Shown one piece after another: positions 17,546-25,158 of a stretch of DNA of 25,158 bases. Position 1 is the stretch's first letter. Every line of letters starts with the position of its first letter. The position numbers and the translations under genes were made by a program. The stretch is from a virus (lineage: Duplodnaviria > Caudoviricetes), in IMG/VR virus record IMGVR_UViG_3300030376_003062, positions 1 to 25,158 of that record; one strand, written 5' to 3'. Under the pieces are notes generated by a model. It was not told the origin of the DNA, ran no database searches, and was given only the letters and a program-made list of their open reading frames with translations.

Positions 17546-19957
17546 TTACTGGGGTTCAAATGCCCCTAAGTTGAATCCACCACCCATTACATCATTACCT
17601 ACGGATTCAAAGTTTTTAGGTGGTTTTTGATTGTTTCTTTGGTCAATCATTTCTGATTGCTGCGTTGCTTGTATTTTTGTTCTTTTGTCCTTACGATCTT
17701 CTTTCTCTTTTTCTCTACCTCTAGCACCCTCAACCTCCAATTGCCTTAACTGCATGTTGTATTGGAACTCTTGCTCCATGAGCATTTTCTTTAACTCTCC
17801 CTCTGCTTGTAGTTTCTGTAAATCTAACTGTGATTCGATTTGAGCGAGTTGTGCTTTAGACTGTGTTAAAGCTTCGTTTTTTTGCACCTCCATTTCAGCG
17901 GCAGCTTGTTGCGCCTGTATATTGGCTTGGGATTGCGCTTGGATATTTTGTTGTTGGATCTTCTGATCTCTATCTATTTTTTGCTTTCTTCTAATTTTTA
18001 ATAATGAATTAGCTAATTTTAGATTTTTTATTTCTCTAACGTCAATAGCGTCTTCCAACTCTATATTTTGTTGGCTCAATGCTACTTGTATATTGTTTTC
18101 CAACAAAGCTTTTTCTTCTTCGTCTGGAGATAATTCAATGAATATGCCGAAGTCATATAAATGTAAACTAGCCATTTCTTCTAATGTAGCCACGTTATGC
18201 GCTCCAATAGCTTGTATAAAAGCATCTTTAGTCGGTGAATATTCTATAATATCAGATATTCTTAAAGATAAACATTCCGCTGTTTGTGCCGTTAAGAATA
18301 ATCCAGATTGTAATATATGTCTAGTAGCTGTATTTGAATTAGCAGCAGCCATTTTTTGTACGCCAACCAAAGCGTTTTTATCAGGTGTTGTACCGTCTCT
18401 AGCTTCGTTTAATCCGGTCACGTCTCTTATCATTTGCAGATAATAGTTATATGTACCTATTAAACTTTGCATTTTCTGTCCTCCGGATCCAGATTGTATT
18501 TCTTGAATAGGTACCTTACCAGGGTTCATGTCACCTTCAGCGGTGAAACTTCGCCCAATAACAGATCCAGTTTGGAAAAACATGTTTAACGCTTCTTGTG
18601 GATTATAGTTGGTTCCATTACCTAAATCTATTTCAGCAAGTCCATCAGCATCAAGATACACACCATCTGGCACCATACGTGACATCACTTGCTGTAATTT
18701 CAAATGTGTAAGTTGTATCATGTCTGCAAAACCTGTGATACGTTTTACTAATGAATCAATTCTACCTTTATATATTCTAGGTGCTACTATAGAGTAGTTC
18801 ATTTTAACTTTAGTAAAATCACTTTTAGGACGCATCATATTTTTGGACATTTCCCATTTAAGTAATTTGTTAGTACCAAGTACTATTGCTCCTTCGTAAA
18901 GACACTCTATGGCTCTATGTAATCTTTCGTATCCACCTTCTTTTTCAGCGGGAGGATTAAACGTATCGTCTTTCTCTATTGCTTTATCTGCTCCAGATCC
19001 AGTTTCCTTCATTTTATAAACTTCGTTCATATAGCTTTTGTAATTAAAATACAATACTTGAACTGAGTTATTATCTATTTCTCTAGATGTGCTGTAGTTG
19101 CTAGTGTATGCAGATTTGTTTTGAATTAATTCCTCTAAATCTTCATGGGTTAAATGTGGAAATTGTTTTGCTAATTCATTTACTGGAATTGTCTTTACCT
19201 CTCCTACATAATATATATCATCAAAATATGGTGATTCTGTATAAGAATATACTAAGTCAGTCGGATCAACATAATCAATAGTAACTCCTTCGGAAGTATT
19301 GAATCCTGTTTTTACAGCTCCAATACCCAGTACAGTTAAATCGTAGTAAAATCTTTTCTTTATTAATTCGTAGTTATTACCTTCCATTAAAACCTTCAAC
19401 GCTTGTTCTTCCGCTATCTCTACAGATTGCTTGTAAGACAACTGCATGTGTAGAGCTAATTCTTCTTCGTTAGCTGGTAGTGTTTCTGGATCGTTTTCTG
19501 TTAAATCAAGATTAAAGTTTTCTTTTACGTAAGCGTCAACACTCTTCATCTTCATGTCTCTAACGATAGATTCCATGTATTCAGTTCGTTTGTTTACTCC
19601 GTAAGGATCTTGGGAATAAGCCTTAATGTCATACATTCTTTCTGCGATACCGTTTACAACTATGTCTACGAATTTAGATATAATTGGAACTGGTTTCCAA
19701 TCTAAATTAAGATAGGACAAATCACCATTTATAGATAACTCATCCTTATATTTTTGAATTGATTGTTCTCCACGAGCGTATAATCTTAAATTGTGGAAAT
19801 TGTTTTGATTAGTTGAGTATCTATTGTGACCACTATCTTTGTGGAACCACTCTGATTCAATAGCTTTAGCTATTTTTAAGCCATAATCATAGCTTATCTT
19901 CTCAGCGTCACTTACGACTTGACTAGGGAAATAATTATTTACAACAGACTCTGCCAT
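17546..19957 (-). CDS. Portal protein
   Basis: 803 aa, immediately after TerL. Contains NLDWKPVPIISKFVDIVVNG and IRDVTGLNEARDG blocks and a long Gln-rich C-terminal coiled coil like the P22-type portal barrel. Confidence 0.88.
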   Translation of the reverse strand: MAESVVNNYFPSQVVSDAEKISYDYGLKIAKAIESEWFHKDSGHNRYSTNQNNFHNLRLYARGEQSIQKYKDELSINGDLSYLNLDWKPVPIISKFVDIVVNGIAERMYDIKAYSQDPYGVNKRTEYMESIVRDMKMKSVDAYVKENFNLDLTENDPETLPANEEELALHMQLSYKQSVEIAEEQALKVLMEGNNYELIKKRFYYDLTVLGIGAVKTGFNTSEGVTIDYVDPTDLVYSYTESPYFDDIYYVGEVKTIPVNELAKQFPHLTHEDLEELIQNKSAYTSNYSTSREIDNNSVQVLYFNYKSYMNEVYKMKETGSGADKAIEKDDTFNPPAEKEGGYERLHRAIECLYEGAIVLGTNKLLKWEMSKNMMRPKSDFTKVKMNYSIVAPRIYKGRIDSLVKRITGFADMIQLTHLKLQQVMSRMVPDGVYLDADGLAEIDLGNGTNYNPQEALNMFFQTGSVIGRSFTAEGDMNPGKVPIQEIQSGSGGQKMQSLIGTYNYYLQMIRDVTGLNEARDGTTPDKNALVGVQKMAAANSNTATRHILQSGLFLTAQTAECLSLRISDIIEYSPTKDAFIQAIGAHNVATLEEMASLHLYDFGIFIELSPDEEEKALLENNIQVALSQQNIELEDAIDVREIKNLKLANSLLKIRRKQKIDRDQKIQQQNIQAQSQANIQAQQAAAEMEVQKNEALTQSKAQLAQIESQLDLQKLQAEGELKKMLMEQEFQYNMQLRQLEVEGARGREKEKEDRKDKRTKIQATQQSEMIDQRNNQKPPKNFESVGNDVMGGGFNLGAFEPQ

Positions 19958-19960
19958 ATT

Positions 19961-22174
19961 TTACTTTATTATTTTTGATGCGTTTCCAGTATTAGTATAC
20001 TTCGCAATATTTATGTTTAATTTTTGTTTCTCAACCTTTGCGTTAGGCCTATATAAATTTCTATTACAAGCCATAATAGCTAATCCAGAACTGATAGATG
20101 CATCGAATTTAGTTCTTTTTGTTATATCAAATCTACTCCAATCATTTAGCGTTTCATTAAAATATATGTTCCCATAATTTCCATCACCTAAATGACCAAC
20201 GTGACTTTGTATGTACATCTCGATAGCAGCCGCGTGAGCTTGCTTTATATCTTCACTTGAATTAGGAATTCCACCTATTTCTTTCTCTGTTACAGATAAC
20301 TTGTTCCACAATTTATCCGGTCTATTCATTGAGTATCCTCTGTATCCTCTTCTTCTTAAATGATATAACAATCTAGGTTTGTTATTCTCACAAAGTAATG
20401 GCATTCCATAAAACACTAAGGCCATCAATACATCTTCAAAAAATATCTCAGCTGTTTGTGGTCTAGCTACATATTCTAAAAACATATGGTTAGGTGGACA
20501 ATCTTCCATAGAAAACTTTGTTAATCCGTGTAAAGCTCCGTTAGATCCCTTTCCATCTACTGTTCCTGATATATCGTAACTATCACACCCGAAAGCTCCC
20601 ATGTGTTCATTTGCAGGATACTTTATATTATTTTTCATAATAATCTTATTCTGCATATGAGCCGGTGGGAACCAACTTACTTTAAATCTACCCTTCGGAT
20701 CTGGATAAAATATAACTTGTGTATCTTTTACTCCATTCACCCATTGAAAATTACCAACTGATAGTACGGCTGAATTTCCTATTCCTTCGTTGTAATCTAT
20801 TTGTTCGTATATCTTAACAAGATTGAAAATACTGTTTTTAGATTCATCTCTAAAGGCGTGTTCTGTAGTTCTTGGAAATTGTCTGTAGAATTCGTTCAAT
20901 CCGTCTTGATCAGATTTTAATCCTTCGACTTCATTGTTCCAATGTTCTATTATGCCTACGTCTATTAGTTCACCATCTGGTCCGGATACATCATTATCTG
21001 GATTATCGAAGACTGGATGTCCGTATTCGTCAATAAATCCTTCGTAGTTCCATTCCATTGGGATAAACAAAGAGTATAAACCAGACTTTGTTTGGCCATT
21101 TCTATTTCTCTGTGTGACATCTGACGCGTTGTATAATTTTTTAAAATTGTCTCCACCTTTATCTAATGCGTTTGAAGTTGAGCCCATCATGCATTTACCA
21201 ACTATTCTACTACCTAATCGTAAACATGTTTTAGTAACTCTCCAGTTGTTTAATATATTGTCAGGTCTCTCCCATTTACCGCTTTCATCATGTACTAGTA
21301 GATTTAGTTTCTCACCATCGTAACTATTATCCCCAGTGTTCTTCCAATCAATAGTGGTATCTAATCCTTTTATATCTTCTAACTTCTCGTTAGCTGTAAT
21401 CTTTTTCCTTGTAAACTTACTAGCTGGTACTCTATACGCTAGTTCTGTTTTAGGTCGATCCATACCATCTTGGATAGGTTTGAAAAAGAATGGATAGTTT
21501 ATGCTAATTGGAACTACCTTATCGGTAAACATCTTTTTAGCATCAGAACCAGTTTTAGAAAGTATACCATATCTAGCGTCTCCTGTTAAAGTGGCTAAGT
21601 TAACTGTTTCAGCCGAAGACATAAAAGAAAATCCAGATCTACGATTTTTAAGATAACACATACCGTAACATCTTTTATCTGCTTTACACGCTTCCCAAAA
21701 TATAAAAAACAATCTATTTGCTTCTCTGAAATCTGGAGCACCTACGTCTATTTTACTCCATTGCAAATACATATAGTGCGTACCGGTTACCCAGGTTGGT
21801 TTACCATTGTTCATAAACCAGAATCCTTCGTCTCGACGTTTAAATTCTTCGTCTATATAATCGTACCATTTTTCTTTACTGTCTTCCGGATAACCCCTCC
21901 AATCGAATATGTTTTTAATACGTTCTAACTCCTTGGGATACTCTTGTTTCACCCATTTGTTTTTCTCGTGCTTATATATTTCCTTAGGTGGTTTAGGTAG
22001 CGCTATAACTAGATTTTGTATTTCTATAATTTCACCGATAACACCGTTGTGGGATAATACGATTAGATCATGTTCTTTATTATAACCGTATTTCCACTTC
22101 TTTCCTCGATTCATTCGGGTGATAGTAGTTCTTTTTATCGGTTCTACCGTTCTAACCAAACTTTGCTCGTACAT
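19961..22174 (-). CDS. terL: Terminase large subunit
   Basis: 737 aa. Walker A variant LKNRRSGFS, Walker B LLVHDESGKW, coupling motif GSTSN, and a C-terminal RNase H-like nuclease (FGCDSYD, CENN, KFDASIS). Confidence 0.93.
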   Translation of the reverse strand: MYEQSLVRTVEPIKRTTITRMNRGKKWKYGYNKEHDLIVLSHNGVIGEIIEIQNLVIALPKPPKEIYKHEKNKWVKQEYPKELERIKNIFDWRGYPEDSKEKWYDYIDEEFKRRDEGFWFMNNGKPTWVTGTHYMYLQWSKIDVGAPDFREANRLFFIFWEACKADKRCYGMCYLKNRRSGFSFMSSAETVNLATLTGDARYGILSKTGSDAKKMFTDKVVPISINYPFFFKPIQDGMDRPKTELAYRVPASKFTRKKITANEKLEDIKGLDTTIDWKNTGDNSYDGEKLNLLVHDESGKWERPDNILNNWRVTKTCLRLGSRIVGKCMMGSTSNALDKGGDNFKKLYNASDVTQRNRNGQTKSGLYSLFIPMEWNYEGFIDEYGHPVFDNPDNDVSGPDGELIDVGIIEHWNNEVEGLKSDQDGLNEFYRQFPRTTEHAFRDESKNSIFNLVKIYEQIDYNEGIGNSAVLSVGNFQWVNGVKDTQVIFYPDPKGRFKVSWFPPAHMQNKIIMKNNIKYPANEHMGAFGCDSYDISGTVDGKGSNGALHGLTKFSMEDCPPNHMFLEYVARPQTAEIFFEDVLMALVFYGMPLLCENNKPRLLYHLRRRGYRGYSMNRPDKLWNKLSVTEKEIGGIPNSSEDIKQAHAAAIEMYIQSHVGHLGDGNYGNIYFNETLNDWSRFDITKRTKFDASISSGLAIMACNRNLYRPNAKVEKQKLNINIAKYTNTGNASKIIK

Positions 22175-22449
22175 TACTTAGATCTACCTTCAGCGAATCC
22201 TTTAAAGACTTCTTCCTTTCTCTCTTCAGGTGCTTTGCCCTCAAGTAGATTTTCTTCCTCTTGAATTCTTGTGAGTATTTCGAATGCGTCAAATATAGCT
22301 AGTTTTTTAGTAGCCGCGGCGTTCTTTAATCTATCAGCAGTAATATCATCTCCAGAATCAACAATAGGTTCTTTAGCTACCTTGATTAATTCCTCCACTG
22401 CTTTTTGCCCAGCTTGGATTATATTCTTCTTCGTTTCCTTGGTATTCAT
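22174..22449 (-). CDS. Putative terminase small subunit
   Basis: 91-aa helical protein whose stop overlaps the TerL start (TAATG). The assignment is positional. Confidence 0.55.
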   Translation of the reverse strand: MNTKETKKNIIQAGQKAVEELIKVAKEPIVDSGDDITADRLKNAAATKKLAIFDAFEILTRIQEEENLLEGKAPEERKEEVFKGFAEGRSK

Positions 22450-22984
22450 ATTTAATTGTAATAAATTGGGTCATAACTCTGTATAATCTCTTTCCATCGA
22501 TTATAAATTCATAGGTAGAAAAAGGTGTGAATCCTACTAAATCACCTTCTTTAAAACTGCCATCAGTATATACAATTTTACCTACGCAAGGTTTTTCTAT
22601 GTCTTCTGTAAGATAATTTGTATCTTTTATAGGTTGTACAAAACAATATCCCTTCACCGCTTTCCATCTCCAATACTTTTTATATAAGAATATTTGATCT
22701 TCTTTTACTAAATACGTATCTTCGTCGAAGTAACTTCTGCTGTTCTTTTCCTTACCCCTAACGTCGTGCCATCTTCTAAACACATTGTGATGGACTATAA
22801 CGTTGTTTCCAGGTTCTATTTCCGTTTCAAAAGCCGTGGGAACAGATTTAACAATAGCCTCTCTATTTACAAATTGGTGGTTATAAACTTCTGTATTTAA
22901 AATAAGATCTTTATCTCCAACTTTCTTAGTATTGTTATATCTATTTCCTTTTGGCTTTATAACAAAGTCAAAAGGCGCTTTCAT
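22373..22984 (-). CDS. GroES/Cpn10-like co-chaperonin with two tandem domains
   Basis: 203 aa. Each half aligns by eye to the GroES pattern: KAPFDFVIKP / EAIVKSVP / IEPGNNVIV / YLVKEDQIF, and KAVKGYCFVQP / VGKIVY / FKEGDLVGF / IIDGKRLYRV. Compare E. coli GroES RPLHDRVIVK / RGEVLAV / VKVGDIVIF / KIDNEEVLIMSESDIL. Confidence 0.7.
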   Translation of the reverse strand: MKAPFDFVIKPKGNRYNNTKKVGDKDLILNTEVYNHQFVNREAIVKSVPTAFETEIEPGNNVIVHHNVFRRWHDVRGKEKNSRSYFDEDTYLVKEDQIFLYKKYWRWKAVKGYCFVQPIKDTNYLTEDIEKPCVGKIVYTDGSFKEGDLVGFTPFSTYEFIIDGKRLYRVMTQFITIKYEYQGNEEEYNPSWAKSSGGINQGS

Positions 22985-23205
22985 CAGTATTCTAGATTAT
23001 ATTCTATAGAGATCGCCATATTTTTGTTGAAGTCTTTCCACGGTAGTACATCTTTATTTTTTTTGATATAAATAGAGTATTTTTCGTCTTCTTCTAATAT
23101 ATCACAAATAGTATGTCCACCGTATACTTCTTGCCCAACAGCGTAATGCATAGCGTTCTCTTTGTAATCCTTACCTACGGTAATTTTTCTAATCAGTTTT
23201 GACAT
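22984..23205 (-). CDS. Hypothetical protein
   Basis: 73 aa, beta-rich. Its stop overlaps the GroES-like start (TGATG) and its start overlaps the upstream gene by 17 nt. Confidence 0.8.
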   Translation of the reverse strand: MSKLIRKITVGKDYKENAMHYAVGQEVYGGHTICDILEEDEKYSIYIKKNKDVLPWKDFNKNMAISIEYNLEY

Positions 23206-23476
23206 CTTCTTTGTGATTTATAGTACCATCTTGTATGTTGATATCAGCTGTACCATAAGTCTTCTCGAATCCAACTTGCATTTCACCTAACTTTTCTTGT
23301 AGTGTAGCTACATGATGTAAAAGATTGTGTTTTTTGCTTTCAAAACTCCCAATTTCTAATTGTGATCTATTGATGTCGTTTATTACTGATTGTACTTGAT
23401 TTAATTCTTCGTTTGTAATTTTAGAAGGTTTTTCAGTCTTCAATTCTTTGATTTTCTTTGTTGTGTTTTTTGCCAT
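23189..23476 (-). CDS. Hypothetical coiled-coil protein
   Basis: 95 aa with a basic N-terminus, a heptad-like helical middle and C-terminal YGTADINIQDGTI. AT-rich leader. Confidence 0.8.
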   Translation of the reverse strand: MAKNTTKKIKELKTEKPSKITNEELNQVQSVINDINRSQLEIGSFESKKHNLLHHVATLQEKLGEMQVGFEKTYGTADINIQDGTINHKEDVKTD

Positions 23477-23510
23477 TTTATTTAATTTAAGTTAATTTAA
23501 TTTGTTTTAT

Positions 23511-23858
23511 TTATTCTCCGAAATAACATATTATACCACCGTCAGCATCAGCTTCGGGCGTTACGCTAGTCCATCTACCATATATAGTTGAACCTGCTGG
23601 AAATTTAGCTCCACTTAAAGCTAAACCACCATCACCATGGTCCGTAGCGTTAGTTGTCGCTGTATCTTGTTCATGCGCTGCTACAGCTGTGTTTACGTAA
23701 TCCCCTGTGCTCTCAGCTATTAACGCTGTTGGTGTATTGTCTTGTATAAAGTATATAGCTATAATAACTTTATTTGGCGGAGGTGTTACTGCTGACGCGG
23801 CGTCACAATATGCTGATCCTGTTATAGAACCAATCCAATCATTTTTTACCATTCCCAT
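23511..23858 (-). CDS. Hypothetical small beta-rich protein, possibly virion-associated
   Basis: 115 aa, rich in Ala/Gly/Thr, with C-terminal FPAGSTIYGRWTSV...GGIICYFG. Leader AAATTATG as for other genes. Confidence 0.75.
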   Translation of the reverse strand: MGMVKNDWIGSITGSAYCDAASAVTPPPNKVIIAIYFIQDNTPTALIAESTGDYVNTAVAAHEQDTATTNATDHGDGGLALSGAKFPAGSTIYGRWTSVTPEADADGGIICYFGE

Positions 23859-23862
23859 AATT

Positions 23863-24255
23863 TTATTTTTTTGTTTTTTCTAGTGATCTACCACCGAAGT
23901 AAGCACCGATCACGGTTATTAATACTAATTGTAATAGATCAGTCCATTTAGCTTCAACTACAAAGTTAATAACACCGGCATCGATAAACATCAATAACAC
24001 TGTTGATATAACTAAGAATATTAAAACCAATGGTCTAACATTTTTACTCAACCAAGAATCGCTAGCCATATCAGCCGCCCATCTTGATGAAATTTCTTTT
24101 TCTAAAGTAGCTTGATAAGAGGCTACTATCTCTTTAATTTTTTGTGAGGCAGCTAACTTTTCTTCTTCCGATGTGTGTAAGTCATCTATAACTCCACCTA
24201 CGCCTTCTATAAGATCTTTAGTTCCACCACCTGTAAGCATTCCTAATATATTCAT
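23863..24255 (-). CDS. Holin, GTA_holin_3TM-like family
   Basis: 130 aa. Family-like signature SDSWLSKNVRP precedes a hydrophobic helix (LVLIFLVISTVLLMFI). A second helix (LLQLVLITVIGAYF) is followed by the typical YFGGRSLEK basic end. Confidence 0.8.
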   Translation of the reverse strand: MNILGMLTGGGTKDLIEGVGGVIDDLHTSEEEKLAASQKIKEIVASYQATLEKEISSRWAADMASDSWLSKNVRPLVLIFLVISTVLLMFIDAGVINFVVEAKWTDLLQLVLITVIGAYFGGRSLEKTKK

Positions 24256-24257
24256 GT

Positions 24258-24509
24258 TTAATTTTTACGTCTATAACTTCTTTTTAACCTAGATTTCCCT
24301 GTTCTTTCGTTATAAACCACATCACTTTCTTTTAATATAACTGTTTTTCCTGTAGTTAAATTCTTCACTGTCGGATTACCTTTTTCGTCAGTGACAATTT
24401 CTTTAGCGTACTTATCTTTAAGAGGCGAAGCGCCTTCTATTGTCCCCATTTTATGTGGACTACCTTTCATTTTGAAAAATGAATATGATTTTTTATCTCC
24501 GTATGGCAT
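24258..24509 (-). CDS. Small basic hypothetical protein with SPxK motifs
   Basis: 83 aa, Lys/Arg-rich, containing FKMKGSPHK and ASPLK and a C-terminal KSRLKRSYRRKN. Leader AAATTAAAATTATG. Confidence 0.75.
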   Translation of the reverse strand: MPYGDKKSYSFFKMKGSPHKMGTIEGASPLKDKYAKEIVTDEKGNPTVKNLTTGKTVILKESDVVYNERTGKSRLKRSYRRKN

Positions 24510-24520
24510 AATTTTAATTT

Positions 24521-24943
24521 TTAATGATTTCCGTTGTTAGCGTCGTCTTCCCAAGGAAAACCGGTGTCTCCAGCTTCTTTCCATTCTCCGTGGATATTTA
24601 TCATATCCTTACCGTTTCTTGTTTCTCTTATAAACGTATCGCCGTTGTATTTTATATAATCGTCTCCATACTCTAATTTACCAACCTTCATGTCGGTAGA
24701 ATGTCTCATTTCGTGATTAATTACTTGTCTTTCTTCTTCACTACCAGGTATTATTTTATCACTAATATATATGCTTCCGTCCATATTAGCTTCGCCCATA
24801 ACTCCTTCTTCTAGTGGTTTTCTGATAACAGGTGTTCCAGGTACAGAAGCGTCACTACCAGCTTCTTGACCAAAACGCATTTTAGTTCTGATCTCTCCGC
24901 TAACAGCATAATTACCTCTACTTTTACCTAGTTTAAATCCCAT
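24521..24943 (-). CDS. Small zincin-like metallopeptidase (HExxH)
   Basis: 140 aa. Beta strands (GVMGEANMDGSIYIS) precede the helix QVINHEMRH (HExxH at 24701-24715). A distal Glu in FPWEDDA is a candidate third zinc ligand. Confidence 0.72.
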   Translation of the reverse strand: MGFKLGKSRGNYAVSGEIRTKMRFGQEAGSDASVPGTPVIRKPLEEGVMGEANMDGSIYISDKIIPGSEEERQVINHEMRHSTDMKVGKLEYGDDYIKYNGDTFIRETRNGKDMINIHGEWKEAGDTGFPWEDDANNGNH

Positions 24944-24944
24944 A

Positions 24945-25157
24945 TTACCTGTCTTTATCTTTTATCATATCATCTATAGATTTATTAAAAACCTTATCTG
25001 TATATGTTTTATTATTATAAAAAACACTTCTTTCTGATGTTGGTAAATCTTCTTCACCTAACAACACTCTATATATTCTAGATATTAACTGAGAACATTT
25101 GAATGATGTTTTAAACACCGAGTATTTTATTGTTGTTCTGTTTCTGTGTCTCCAGGT
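24945..25157 (-). CDS. Hypothetical protein (partial; start lies beyond the right edge; not in the supplied ORF track)
   Basis: Open frame from the edge: TWRHRNRTTIKYSVFKTSFKCSQLISRIYRVLLGEEDLPTSERSVFYNNKTYTDKVFNKSIDDMIKDKDR*. It ends with TAA one base before the peptidase ATG. Confidence 0.75.
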   Translation of the reverse strand, partial: TWRHRNRTTIKYSVFKTSFKCSQLISRIYRVLLGEEDLPTSERSVFYNNKTYTDKVFNKSIDDMIKDKDR

Positions 25158-25158
25158 C

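Noticed and set aside
20965-21156. 63-aa minus-strand ORF nested out of frame in TerL
   Set aside because: It lies within the conserved ATPase region and has no supporting leader or motif, so it is most likely chance.
258-22486. Numerous plus-strand ORFs of 60-164 aa
   Set aside because: All lie antisense to long, motif-bearing minus-strand genes and have compositions expected of shadow frames. None has a recognisable motif.
24238-24255. Holin/antiholin dual start (Met1, Met6)
   Set aside because: There is no basic residue between the two Met codons as in lambda S107/S105, and no evident regulatory hairpin.
1-25158. Stop-codon reassignment as in some crAss-like phages
   Set aside because: All large genes are intact under code 11, and TAG (23189-23191) and TGA (22984-22986) appear to act as normal stops.
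1-25158. tRNA, rRNA, CRISPR array, integrase or IS element
   Set aside because: Intergenic gaps are all about 70 nt or shorter and are accounted for by leaders and hairpins. No such genes or repeats were seen.

Overview
This window is the morphogenesis module of a tailed dsDNA phage, apparently a podovirus. All credible genes are on the minus strand and tightly packed. In transcription order (right to left) they are: a partial hypothetical gene, a small HExxH zinc peptidase, a small basic SPxK protein, a GTA-type holin, three small hypothetical genes, a tandem GroES-like protein, putative TerS, TerL, portal, scaffold, major capsid protein, an intrinsic terminator, a 273-aa protein, a structured RNA hairpin, two tail ring/adaptor proteins, a 3307-aa tail stabilisation (nozzle/muzzle-like) protein, a 436-aa tail protein and a further partial gene. 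Low GC, AT-rich leaders without Shine-Dalgarno sequences, and the gene order suggest a Bacteroidota (probably Flavobacteriia) host and a distant relationship to crAss-like or Cellulophaga-type podoviruses. This placement is from recall and inference, not a search. The most notable observations are: (1) core tail proteins expanded by inserted carbohydrate-binding-module-like domains, including one insert of about 1130 aa; (2) a two-domain GroES-like protein overlapping TerS; (3) a candidate zincin/short-motif head-cargo or maturation system where no canonical prohead protease is visible; (4) a duplicated 22-nt U-rich start region and a non-terminator UNCG hairpin flanking the gene after the capsid gene. 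No tRNA, rRNA, CRISPR array, integrase or IS element was seen.
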